Below are positions 9,827-19,043 of a stretch of DNA of 64,000 bases, in pieces. This stretch comes from a miscellaneous Crenarchaeota group-6 archaeon AD8-1 (lineage in GTDB: Archaea > Thermoproteota > Bathyarchaeia > Bathyarchaeales > Bathycorpusculaceae): contig LFWW01000001.1 of assembly GCA_001273385.1 (NCBI GenBank), positions 57 through 64,056 of the forward strand, read 5' to 3'. A program made the position numbers and the translations under genes. Each line of letters opens with the position of its first letter. Positions within the stretch are counted from its first letter, which is position 1. The notes beneath the pieces are model-generated. The model had not been told where the DNA came from and searched no databases. It was given only the letters and a program-made list of their open reading frames with translations.

Positions 9827-9889
9827 GCCGTCCGAGTAACTCTGAACTTTCATCCTATTTGTCAAGCTAATGCCTTTTCATCATCCGGC
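9827..9889 (-). ncRNA. Candidate C/D-box sRNA
   Basis: A G+C-rich island in an AT-rich 500-bp spacer. The minus strand reads GCCG-G-AUGAUGA(C)-12 nt-UUGA(D')-5 nt-AGGAUGA(C')-15 nt-CGGA(D-like)-CGGC. The terminal 4-bp stem is GCCG/CGGC. A TATA-like cttttatt lies about 25 nt upstream. The D box is non-canonical. Confidence 0.3.
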
Positions 9890-10194
9890 AAGAAATATAT
9901 AGAAAATATGAATAAAAGTTTTCTTAGAATAGCCTTAGTGTTCAAATAAGTAAAAATAATCAAAATAAACCATATGATGCATTTTCCTATATTGGTTAGA
10001 TTTTGGATTGAGGTTTTTTTATGAATTGATTTATATTTTCGACGAAAAGTTATTAAGTAATTGGATATTCTTCTAATCGGCAAGAAAAATAACTTGGACT
10101 ATGTATACGCTTAATTATTAAAGCCATCCCTTAGGGAATAAATGGTCCTATGAACTAAAAAAGTTAAAATAGTGGTATGAAGAGGTGAAAATGT

Positions 10195-10509
10195 ATGGAA
10201 TACGTTTATGCTGCAATGCTCCTTCATAAAGCAGGAAAAGAAATAAGTGAAGAAAATGTCTCAAATATATTAACAGCTGCAGGGATTACTGTTGACGCTG
10301 TAAGGGTAAAGGCTTTAGTTGCTTCTCTAAGTGAGGTTGATATTGATGAAGCAATAAAATCTGCACCTACAATGATGACTGCTCCAGTGAGCGCACCAGA
10401 AACACCAACTAAATCAGAAGAAAAGAAACCTAAAGAAGAAAAGAAACCTAAAGACGAAAAGGAACAAGAAGATGCTGCTCTTGAAGGTTTAGGTGCTCTA
10501 TTTGGGTAA
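10195..10509 (+). CDS. rpl12: Ribosomal stalk protein P1 (aL12/L12e)
   Basis: [12 protein letters not shown]-terminus, Lys/Glu-rich hinge, conserved C-terminal tail [19 protein letters not shown] box upstream. Confidence 0.95.
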   Translation: MEYVYAAMLLHKAGKEISEENVSNILTAAGITVDAVRVKALVASLSEVDIDEAIKSAPTMMTAPVSAPETPTKSEEKKPKEEKKPKDEKEQEDAALEGLGALFG

Positions 10510-10669
10510 GAAATTTTAAATACCCACTTTTTTAAATTTATTTAATTTACTATTTTTAATTCTTTATTTTTCATAGAATTATTTGTTTGATATAATTCCA
10601 AAAATTATTTTTATTTAATGGAAAGTGTAAAACTGAAAGACGAAATATTGAATTTACTTTACTATTTTA

Positions 10670-11521
10670 TTAATTTGTGTTCAAATTAAAGATTGCTAGA
10701 CTTGAAAAAATTGCTTCTTCAGTTCTAATCGTTTTAGTTCCTTGATGGGGAATGGTATTTATAATAAATTCTGCATGCTTAATTAGATCAATCCCCTCAT
10801 CTTTTGCAATTTCAAACAATCCTCTATTAGGACTCCCAAATTCAATAATAATGTTATTAGCACTTTTCCATCTTGCAGCAAACTCTTTCATACACTGTAC
10901 GAAATTAGTACCTTTTTTTGAAGTGGCTATAATAAGATCGAATTCCTTATCTAGAACTATTGTTCCAAAAGAATTTTTCTCTGTGATAACAGAAAATCCC
11001 CAATAAAAGGGAATTTCATTTTTATCAACAGATTGAACTTCAATACGCTTATCTTTTTTTATAATTTGAGTAGTAATAATATCTCCAACCTGATAATTCA
11101 TTTCTCTTAGAAGTGAAAGTTTTTCAACACCTATATCTATAAAAAAGCCATCTTTTTCTTTGCTTAGAACTACTCCATCGCGGTATTCCCCAATTTGTAA
11201 TTTTCTAGATTTGCTTTTAATTGGATGATTTGGAGTTTGTAGAGGAGGAAGAATCCCTGCAAATTTTAGTTTTGAATCTAATTTGAAGAGCCTCTTTCTC
11301 AGATATTGAGGGGTCTGCATATATCTCAATATAGTTGTTATTAAATCAATTTCTTTTCTTTGATCGGTTTCATTTCTATCAGGATAAATAATTATGTTTT
11401 GAACTCGAAAAACTGCAGCTGCTCTTCCAATCAAACCTACCTTAGCAGTTTTTTCCCTCAAGTGTGGTGTATCTGAAATAATTGAGGCAGGTATCGCAAT
11501 AGTTAGATTCTTTGCAATCAT
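10670..11521 (-). CDS. SPOUT-class RNA methyltransferase, DUF171/COG2106 family
   Basis: LTIAIPASIISDTPHLREKTAKVGLIGRAAAVF at the N-terminus and NTIPHQGTKTIRTEEAI at the C-terminus, with a central OB-like insert. Confidence 0.75.
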   Translation of the reverse strand: MIAKNLTIAIPASIISDTPHLREKTAKVGLIGRAAAVFRVQNIIIYPDRNETDQRKEIDLITTILRYMQTPQYLRKRLFKLDSKLKFAGILPPLQTPNHPIKSKSRKLQIGEYRDGVVLSKEKDGFFIDIGVEKLSLLREMNYQVGDIITTQIIKKDKRIEVQSVDKNEIPFYWGFSVITEKNSFGTIVLDKEFDLIIATSKKGTNFVQCMKEFAARWKSANNIIIEFGSPNRGLFEIAKDEGIDLIKHAEFIINTIPHQGTKTIRTEEAIFSSLAIFNLNTN

Positions 11522-11615
11522 TGTATAAAAACTCCGAGTAAAAAATATATGATTTTACGTTTAGCTTAAAAGTAGTATTTGAAATATAAAAGTGAAGTTA
11601 TTCAGGTGAAAGTCA

Positions 11616-12719
11616 TTGGTTGTATCAATTTTAGATAAAACATCTCAAATAAAGAAGATAGACAAGACTGATATGTTATCATTTCTTGAAAATGTCGCTT
11701 ATCACTATAAAAAAGCTGAAAAAATTTCAGAAAATATTTTAATTAATTTTCACAAACCTTCTAATATTATACTTGGCGGTATGGGAGGTTCTGCAATTGC
11801 TGGAGAGATTTTTAAAGATTGGGCAAAAGAAAAAATCGATATTCCAGTAGAAGTTGTTAGAGATTATTATTTGCCTAATTATTCGAGTGAAGAAAGTCTT
11901 GTTTTAATACTTAGTTATTCAGGTAATACAGAAGAATCTCTTAGTGCATTTCTACACTCATTAAAAAAAGGTTGCATGACATTTTGCATAAGCTCTGGAG
12001 GTAATTTAATAGAATACTCCAAAAAAACTGCTACACCATACCTATGCATTCCAACTGGTATGCCTCCTCGTGTAGCCCTACCTTATTTATTAACTCCATT
12101 ACTAATTGCAATTAAAAAATCTGGCTTAATTAAAGGAATTAAGGATGAACTAGCTGAAGCTAATAAAATATTGGCACAATTAAGTAAAGCTAACTCCTGT
12201 AAAACCCTAACAAATGCCAACTATTGCAAGAAATTAGCTTTAGAATTGAATGGTAAAATTCCAGCAATTTATGGTTTTGGAATTTTTGCTAGCGTTGCCC
12301 ATCGGTATAAACAACAATTCAATGAAAACAGTAAAATTCCATCAAAATTTGAAGTATTCTCTGAGCTTAATCATAATGAAATTGTGGGTTGGGAGCAAAA
12401 ATCAAAATTCTCCAAATACTATTCTATAATTTTTTTAAGAGATAAAAATGAACCATATCAAATTAAAAGTAGAATAGAAATGACAAAGAACTTGTTGCCT
12501 TCAGATTTGAAAACATTTGAAATTTGGAGTCAAGGTTCGAGTGATTTAGCAAAAATATTATCAACAATTTGTTTAGGTGACTTTACTAGTGTCTATCATG
12601 CAATTCTAAATAAAATAGATCCTACACCTGTAAAAACAATAAATCAGCTCAAAGAAAAGCTTGGAAAGCTTCATACAAAAGAAAAAATTCTAAGAGAGTT
12701 AGAACAATATTCTAAATAA
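11616..12719 (+). CDS. Bifunctional phosphoglucose/phosphomannose isomerase (SIS domain)
   Basis: SIS motifs LGGMGGSAIAGE and SYSGNTEE. TTG start 6 nt after AGGTGA. Confidence 0.8.
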   Translation: MVVSILDKTSQIKKIDKTDMLSFLENVAYHYKKAEKISENILINFHKPSNIILGGMGGSAIAGEIFKDWAKEKIDIPVEVVRDYYLPNYSSEESLVLILSYSGNTEESLSAFLHSLKKGCMTFCISSGGNLIEYSKKTATPYLCIPTGMPPRVALPYLLTPLLIAIKKSGLIKGIKDELAEANKILAQLSKANSCKTLTNANYCKKLALELNGKIPAIYGFGIFASVAHRYKQQFNENSKIPSKFEVFSELNHNEIVGWEQKSKFSKYYSIIFLRDKNEPYQIKSRIEMTKNLLPSDLKTFEIWSQGSSDLAKILSTICLGDFTSVYHAILNKIDPTPVKTINQLKEKLGKLHTKEKILRELEQYSK

Positions 12720-12728
12720 GATTCAAGT

Positions 12729-13841
12729 TTAGCAATTTTCCTCTATAAACGCTTTGAATTTTTCCTTAGTATCCTTAAGAGATTCCATCTTTGGGGGCTT
12801 TTTAAAAGCATAAGCACAAATTGGAATTATAGCACCTTTAAGTTTTTTCTCCATTGCCAACTTCATTGCTCTGGACACATCAAAAAGAACTGAACCTGCA
12901 TTCGGTGCATCTACAGTTGAAAATTTAAGGTCAATTTTCATTGGAGTATTAAGGAAATATTTTCCACTGATCCAAAAGTAACTATCGCGTTTGTTTTTAA
13001 GAAAATCTACGTAATCTGTTGATCCTGCTACTATTTCAGCTTTATAAGGAAGAACCGAAGCTACAGAATTGGTTTTTATCTCTCTCTTAACTTTTCTAGT
13101 TCGATCAAGAGTATCCATCGATTCTGCTCCGCCACCAACGTCTAATTGGTAGGTTTCAACTATCTGAACTCCATTATTTGACAATAAACTAAGAAGTGTT
13201 TTATGAAGAGCAGTAGATCCAACCTGATCCATAAGATCATCACCAACTAATGGTAGTCCTGCATCCTCAAACTTTTTTGCCCATATTGGATCACTAGCCA
13301 AGAAACTTGGAGTTGCATTTATAAAACCACACTCTGCATGCAATGCCTGATTAGCATAATATTTTGTTGCCTCAAAAGCTCCGCTTGGAAGAAGATTGAT
13401 TACCACATCAGTACTTTTTTCTTTTAGTATTTCGCTGACATTAGAAGCAGGTTCATTGCTAACCTTGATCTTGTCTTCAACTCCTTTTCCTATACCATCC
13501 AGAACTTGACCTTTACTTACTATTATACCTGTTAAGGGAACATCAGAAATTTTTGGAACATTATTTAATCCTGAAAAAATAGCTTCTGATAGATCCTTTC
13601 CCACTTTATCTTCATCGATATCAAAAGCTGCAACAATACGAATATCTGAAGGAGTCATGCCCCCCAATGAAGGGTTCTGCAATCCGATAGAGATATCCTC
13701 TTTTTCTATATTTTCATAGTGATTCAAACCTTGAACCAGAGCTGAACAACAATTCCCAACACCTATGATAGCAATTTTTACTTGTGACAATTTGATCACC
13801 CATATTGGCTTTCTTATTAGTGATGTTCCTATAAAAAGCAT
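12729..13841 (-). CDS. myo-Inositol-1-phosphate synthase (archaeal type)
   Basis: NAD-binding N-terminus KIAIIGVGNCCSALVQGL and the length and layout of archaeal MIPS. A TTG at 13790, preceded by GGTGATC, may be the true start. Confidence 0.85.
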   Translation of the reverse strand: MLFIGTSLIRKPIWVIKLSQVKIAIIGVGNCCSALVQGLNHYENIEKEDISIGLQNPSLGGMTPSDIRIVAAFDIDEDKVGKDLSEAIFSGLNNVPKISDVPLTGIIVSKGQVLDGIGKGVEDKIKVSNEPASNVSEILKEKSTDVVINLLPSGAFEATKYYANQALHAECGFINATPSFLASDPIWAKKFEDAGLPLVGDDLMDQVGSTALHKTLLSLLSNNGVQIVETYQLDVGGGAESMDTLDRTRKVKREIKTNSVASVLPYKAEIVAGSTDYVDFLKNKRDSYFWISGKYFLNTPMKIDLKFSTVDAPNAGSVLFDVSRAMKLAMEKKLKGAIIPICAYAFKKPPKMESLKDTKEKFKAFIEENC

Positions 13842-13992
13842 CCCTCAATAACTGTCATTCTACTGCTTTGCAAAATGAACCTTTAATTAATTACTAAATC
13901 ATGCTAAATAGAAGGTCTCTTCTTGAAATAATTGCTAATTAAAGGGAATCTTTTAATTTTATCATTTTCCATAAGCTAAAAAGGTTATTGTT

Positions 13993-15756
13993 ATGGATAG
14001 CAGTAAATCGAGTGATACTTCCTCAAAGATTAATGAGTTAGCTCGAAGACGGGGTTTTTTTTGGCAATCATATGAGATTTATGGCGGTGTGGGAGGATTT
14101 GTGACTTATGGTCCTTTAGGAACAAGATTAAAACTAAATATCGAAGCAAAAATTAGAGATATTTTTATTAAGAAACTTGGGATTTTTGAAATTGAATCTT
14201 CTGTCATTTCTCCAGGTCAAGTCTTTGAAGCATCTGGGCATGTAAATCACTTTAAAGAGTTTATGGTAAAGTGTTCGAATTGTGGTAAAGGATTTCGAGT
14301 TGATCAAATAATAAACGAAAAATTAGGAATCAGTTTGCTTGAAATCGAAAAGATGGATTTCGCTGAAATAAAAAAAGTTTTTAGAAAAAATATATTTGAT
14401 TGTCCTGAATGTAATAATGCTCTAAAAGAGCCTACTCAATTTTTAACTATGTTCAAAACAACTATAGGTCCTTATTCTAAAGCAATCGGTTATGGCAGAC
14501 CGGAGGCTGCACAAAGTATCTTTGTGGAATTCAATCGTTTATATAAAATGGCTAGAGAAAAACTTCCTTTTGGGGTAATTCAAATTGGTCATGCACTAAG
14601 AAATGAGATTTCTCCCCGTCAAGGTTTAATTAGACTAAGAGAATTTACTATTGCAGATCTTGAATTCTTTTTTAATCCAGAAGAAGCAAATTGCAATTTT
14701 ATTGATGAGGTAGAAAGTGAGGTTTTGCCTATTTTATTAGCTGTTAATCGTAAGAAAGGTATAGAAGAAATATCTAACTTCACTGTTAGAGAGGCTTTGG
14801 AAAAGAAGATTGTTTGTTCTGAATGGCAAATTTTCTTTATGGTAATGGCTATGAAGCTTCTTTTGGAGATTGGAATTCCCATTAAAAATCAGCGATTCAT
14901 TGAAAAACTCCCTTGGGAAAAAGCTCATTATGCAACTCAATGTTTTGATCAAGAAGTATATGTTGATCGTTGGGGTTGGATAGAGGTATCCGGTCATGCT
15001 TACCGCACTGACTATGATCTAAGGTGTCATATGGATGCGAGTGGAGCAGATTTTAGAATTTTTAAGGAATTTGAAAAGCCTGTTGAAGAAGTTAATTATT
15101 TACTAAAACCAAAAATGAGTTTAATTGGTCCAAAATTCAAGGAAAAAGCTGAAGAAATTATTGCTGATTTATCTATTGTTCCTGTTAAAGAAGTACTTGA
15201 GTCTTTTGAAGAAAAAGGCTATTATTTCGTGAAAGGTAAGAAAATAACAAAAAATCAAGTAGAAATAACTCAGCGTAAAAAAATAATAAAAGGTAAACGT
15301 TTTATTCCCCATGTTGTTGAACCAAGTTTTGGTTGTGATAGATTATTTTATGTTGCTTTGGAGTATGCTCTAAAAAGTAAAAAAAATAGAACCGTATTGA
15401 GTTTTCCAAGAAATATTGCTCCGATTCAATTAGGAATTTTTCCATTGGTAAATAAGGATGGTTTAAATGATAAAGCGAAAACATTATCAACCTTTTTAAG
15501 AAGTGAAGGTTTCTTAGTTGAATTTGATGATGCCGGTTCTATTGGCCGAAGATATGCCCGTGCAGATGAAGCTGGAATTCCTCTCTGTATAACTGTGGAT
15601 TATGTAACTATGGATAATGATACTGTTACCATTAGAGATCGTGATTTATGGAAACAAGTAAGGGTGTCTATCAATGATTTGTCAAAATTGCTTGTTGATT
15701 ATTTTAAAGAAAAAATAGAATTCGAAGATTTTGGAGATTTTATAGAATCTAAGTAG
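13993..15756 (+). CDS. glyS: Glycyl-tRNA synthetase (alpha2, archaeal/eukaryal type)
   Basis: RRGFFWQSYEIYGGVGGFVTYGPLG N-terminus, class II core, Cys-pair insertion (CSNCGK...CPECNN), C-terminal anticodon-binding domain. Confidence 0.95.
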   Translation: MDSSKSSDTSSKINELARRRGFFWQSYEIYGGVGGFVTYGPLGTRLKLNIEAKIRDIFIKKLGIFEIESSVISPGQVFEASGHVNHFKEFMVKCSNCGKGFRVDQIINEKLGISLLEIEKMDFAEIKKVFRKNIFDCPECNNALKEPTQFLTMFKTTIGPYSKAIGYGRPEAAQSIFVEFNRLYKMAREKLPFGVIQIGHALRNEISPRQGLIRLREFTIADLEFFFNPEEANCNFIDEVESEVLPILLAVNRKKGIEEISNFTVREALEKKIVCSEWQIFFMVMAMKLLLEIGIPIKNQRFIEKLPWEKAHYATQCFDQEVYVDRWGWIEVSGHAYRTDYDLRCHMDASGADFRIFKEFEKPVEEVNYLLKPKMSLIGPKFKEKAEEIIADLSIVPVKEVLESFEEKGYYFVKGKKITKNQVEITQRKKIIKGKRFIPHVVEPSFGCDRLFYVALEYALKSKKNRTVLSFPRNIAPIQLGIFPLVNKDGLNDKAKTLSTFLRSEGFLVEFDDAGSIGRRYARADEAGIPLCITVDYVTMDNDTVTIRDRDLWKQVRVSINDLSKLLVDYFKEKIEFEDFGDFIESK

Positions 15757-15801
15757 TTATCTTTTTTAATGGACTTGTGTACTAGATTTTTATAAAAATC
15801 A

Positions 15802-16488
15802 ATGAGTGAAAGTAGGCGGGAAAATTTTTTGGTTCTTCCAGCAGAGACTGAACAAAGGGTAAAGCGCAGAGCATTAAGTGCTTGCAGGGAAAATTTACGC
15901 TATGTTGTAGAGGTAAATAGAAAAATTCCTCAAATGACTGAATATTTTTTAAATGGTGATAAAGAGGCTGCCAAGATTTTATTCAGTGAAATAAAAAAAG
16001 GTGAAGAAGAAGTTGTAATAGCTAGACGTCTTGTTTCTCAAGAACTTTCAGAAATCGGAGCAATATTGTTGAGTAGAGAAGATTTTCTTAGATTTACAAA
16101 TCTATCTAGTGAAATTGGAGATTTTTCCGAAGGAATTGCTTATTATCTGTTAGAAATAATGGAGCATAACTGGAAAGTTCCACAAGAAATAAAAAAAGAT
16201 TTGGTAAAACTCTCTGATGCAGTACTTGAGTCAGTTCTAAAACTAAGAGAATTAATGATGGTTCTAACTTATGGTTCTGCAAAAACTCTAGAAAAAGCAA
16301 CTGAAGTTGAAATTGCTGAAAGAAATGTTGATGATATTTATAGAGCTCTAACTATTAAAACACTAACCAGCAAACTCGATCCACCTGTATTAATGCTATT
16401 GAGAGATATTCTTCAAATGCTAGAAAATGCAGCTGATAAGGCTGAAGATGCAGCTGATGCCGCTCGTATGCTTTCCTTTACAATCTAG
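15802..16488 (+). CDS. DUF47/TIGR00153 family protein (PhoU-like helical bundle)
   Basis: All-helical 228 aa with VDDIYRAL and the LENAADKAEDAADAARML C-terminus typical of COG1392. No PiT transporter partner is adjacent. Confidence 0.65.
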   Translation: MSESRRENFLVLPAETEQRVKRRALSACRENLRYVVEVNRKIPQMTEYFLNGDKEAAKILFSEIKKGEEEVVIARRLVSQELSEIGAILLSREDFLRFTNLSSEIGDFSEGIAYYLLEIMEHNWKVPQEIKKDLVKLSDAVLESVLKLRELMMVLTYGSAKTLEKATEVEIAERNVDDIYRALTIKTLTSKLDPPVLMLLRDILQMLENAADKAEDAADAARMLSFTI

Positions 16489-16504
16489 CGAGCGAAAAAA
16501 ACCA

Positions 16505-17059
16505 ATGGTTAAGCCGCAAGTTGAGTTAATAGACAATTTTTTAATAGTGTGGAATCCTACTGTAGGTTCCTTACTTTTTAAGTCAGGATATTTTGGTAAA
16601 CCAATTGGTATATCAAAGCCAAAAATACCAGAATTCGATGTTCCTCTGATTTTGGATTTGATGGAAGGTTTATTTTTGGCACAAAATAATAAAGTAGAGA
16701 TAATTCAAGGTCCTAATAAACGAAAAGTTGGATTAGTTAAACTAAGAAATAAAGCAAAAAAATTGTACGATTGTTTTGATGAAAAATATGTTGTTTATAA
16801 AGATCTAAAAAATCGTGGCTTAATTGTTACTCCTGGAATAAAATTTGGTTGCGATTTTGCGGTTTATAAGTATGGTCCAGGAATAGAACATGCACCATAT
16901 ATGATATCTGTAAAACCTGAAGAAGATGGAATTACAGCAACAGAGATAGTAAAAGCTGGAAGATTAGCAACTACGGTTAGAAAACGTTTCATTCTTGCCA
17001 TACCAGATTTAGAATCTGGTAATGTGAAATATTTGATATTCAAATGGTTTAAAGCTTAA
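16505..17059 (+). CDS. endA: tRNA-splicing endonuclease, short (alpha4-type) subunit
   Basis: Catalytic block GCDFAVYKYGPGIEHAPYMISV. Start moved to ATG 16505 (MVKPQVELI) because the ORF-track start at 16427 overlaps the preceding gene. Confidence 0.9.
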   Translation: MVKPQVELIDNFLIVWNPTVGSLLFKSGYFGKPIGISKPKIPEFDVPLILDLMEGLFLAQNNKVEIIQGPNKRKVGLVKLRNKAKKLYDCFDEKYVVYKDLKNRGLIVTPGIKFGCDFAVYKYGPGIEHAPYMISVKPEEDGITATEIVKAGRLATTVRKRFILAIPDLESGNVKYLIFKWFKA

Positions 17060-18360
17060 GAGGTCATTAAGATCTCGTTTCGGAAATTGCCCCTTATGCT
17101 TTGGTGAGGGTAAATCTTTGTTTTTGATATTGTACAACCATTTTGTATTGTCACATTATCTCCAATAACTGAAGTTGAGTTTATTTTTGTTGGATTATTT
17201 TTATTTGAATGAATTGTCACGTGTCTTCCTATTATGCTATCAAGTATTTCCGTTTGCTCTTCGATTATTGTTCTGTCCAATATTGCAGAATTTTCAATTC
17301 TAACATTTTTGCCGATTCTTGAAAAATTATCGATGCATGAATTTATTATTGTTGTGCCCTCTTGGATTAAACAATGTCTGCCAATAACTACTGGGCCTTT
17401 GATGTCGATTTTTCCCAGTCTAACTTTCCGGATAATCTCGTGTCTTCTTATGGCTGAATCCTCACTTTCACCTTGAACCCAGATTTTGTATTTTTCATCT
17501 ATTCTCCCACCAAAATCTTTAAGCATGGAAAATTGACCACGTAACAAGTTCTGCATTGCTTGTAAATAATTGTTTGGAGTTCCGACATCAAACCATTTTC
17601 CTTTTAACTTATATCCATATACTGCCCTGTCAGTGTTTGTTAGGTAAGGAATGAAATCATAGCCAAAATCTAGTCTATTTCTATTTTTAATTATTTTTTT
17701 AATTCCTTTCTCTTTGAACAGATGCTTTATTTTAGGGGAAAGAACATATAAACCAGTATTAGCTAAATTGCTGGGTGCTTCTTCTGGAAGAGGTTTTTCA
17801 ATAAACTGTTTAATTCGGCCATCGGGATTTATATCTGCTATTCCTAATCCTTTCACATTATCTACTTCTCTTAAAACAATAGTCATTAAAGCATTTTTTT
17901 TCTTATGAAATCTCATTAGATCCTCAAGTTCAATCTCAAAAATATTATCTCCTTGAACAGCAAATAATGGTGTGTTAATGTTATAATATTCCATATTGAT
18001 TCTTGCAGAATCAGCGCTTCCAATATCATCAATGTTAGGTTGATATTTTATATGAATTCGAGGTTTTATGTTATATCGAATTGAGAATCCATAACCTGAG
18101 CCAAAATAATCATATAAATCCCTATAGTTAGTGTAACCTTTTATTCCAAAAATAAAATTTCGTACTCCTTGACGTGCAAGTGATAGTAATGAAAATTCTA
18201 CAAGTGGTCTATTTAATAGTCTCAAAGCTGCTTTGCTTGTTTCTGCTGTTAAAGGAAGAAGTCGAGTTGCCCTTCCTCCTACAGGAATAAAGACTCTTAA
18301 CCTAAATGGATTGTAATCATCACCAACTAAAGGACTATAGGTATTTCCCAAAAAACTCAC
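17056..18360 (-). CDS. Sugar-1-phosphate nucleotidyltransferase with a C-terminal left-handed beta-helix
   Basis: PVGGRATRLLPLT nucleotide-binding signature. C-terminal hexapeptide repeats (IGKNVRI, IGRHVTI, IGDNVTI). Confidence 0.8.
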   Translation of the reverse strand: MSFLGNTYSPLVGDDYNPFRLRVFIPVGGRATRLLPLTAETSKAALRLLNRPLVEFSLLSLARQGVRNFIFGIKGYTNYRDLYDYFGSGYGFSIRYNIKPRIHIKYQPNIDDIGSADSARINMEYYNINTPLFAVQGDNIFEIELEDLMRFHKKKNALMTIVLREVDNVKGLGIADINPDGRIKQFIEKPLPEEAPSNLANTGLYVLSPKIKHLFKEKGIKKIIKNRNRLDFGYDFIPYLTNTDRAVYGYKLKGKWFDVGTPNNYLQAMQNLLRGQFSMLKDFGGRIDEKYKIWVQGESEDSAIRRHEIIRKVRLGKIDIKGPVVIGRHCLIQEGTTIINSCIDNFSRIGKNVRIENSAILDRTIIEEQTEILDSIIGRHVTIHSNKNNPTKINSTSVIGDNVTIQNGCTISKTKIYPHQSIRGNFRNEILMTS

Positions 18361-18460
18361 CGATAATTACTTGTTATAATGTTGAATGTATTAATGTTTT
18401 TAATGTATTGTCGTTCTCTTTCTATATTTGTAATTTTTAAAAAGAGGCATGCGCAAAAAA

Positions 18461-18889
18461 TTATTTTTTCTTGTATGTTGGTAGCTTAATTAGATATATT
18501 GTAATAATTGCTGCTATAATTATCATGGTAATTTGTATTGGTAGTAACAAAAATGATGGCAATAATCGCTCTAAAAAAAAGAAGGTTGAAATTCCAATAG
18601 TAAGCCAAAGGACTGTCAAAGCAGTACCTTTTGTTTTTAAAGGAATCCCTTTGCCTTCCTGATAGTTTCTAATATATTCACCAAACAATTTATTATTAAT
18701 TAACCATTTGTGCATTCTTGACGAACTTTTATAATAACATGCTGCCGTAGCCAAAAGGAAAGGTGTAGTTGGAAGAATCGGTAGAACTATTCCTACTGCT
18801 CCTAGGACTAAACTAATTGTTCCAGCAGTAAACCATAATCCTTTTATTATTCTTGATTTCTTTCTATGAACTTCTTTATCTTTTGACAT
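18461..18889 (-). CDS. YbaN/DUF454 family membrane protein
   Basis: LPILPTTPFLLATAACYYKSS motif followed by WL..N..FG.YI, as in YbaN. Confidence 0.8.
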   Translation of the reverse strand: MSKDKEVHRKKSRIIKGLWFTAGTISLVLGAVGIVLPILPTTPFLLATAACYYKSSSRMHKWLINNKLFGEYIRNYQEGKGIPLKTKGTALTVLWLTIGISTFFFLERLLPSFLLLPIQITMIIIAAIITIYLIKLPTYKKK

Positions 18890-19043
18890 TTTATGTTCTC
18901 TTTATTAATTCAGATATTTTGCCTGAGAATTATTTTAACTTATTATTTTTTGGGGGTCTTAGGAGAATTTTAATATTAAATATTAGAATAAAAGGATTAT
19001 TTATTTAACTAAATATTTCTTGATTAACAAAGGTACAGCTGAT

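Noticed and set aside
9616-10083. ORFs 9616..9822 (+) and 9862..10083 (-) in the 500-bp spacer before the P1 gene
   Set aside because: The first overlaps the 5' end of the radical SAM gene in antisense. The second is Ile/Lys/Phe-rich low-complexity sequence with no start context. The region is better explained as promoters plus a possible sRNA.
16427-16504. ORF-track N-terminal extension of the tRNA-splicing endonuclease
   Set aside because: It would overlap the end of the DUF47 gene by 62 nt and adds a non-conserved, Leu/Met-rich peptide. The ATG at 16505 gives the expected ~180-aa protein.
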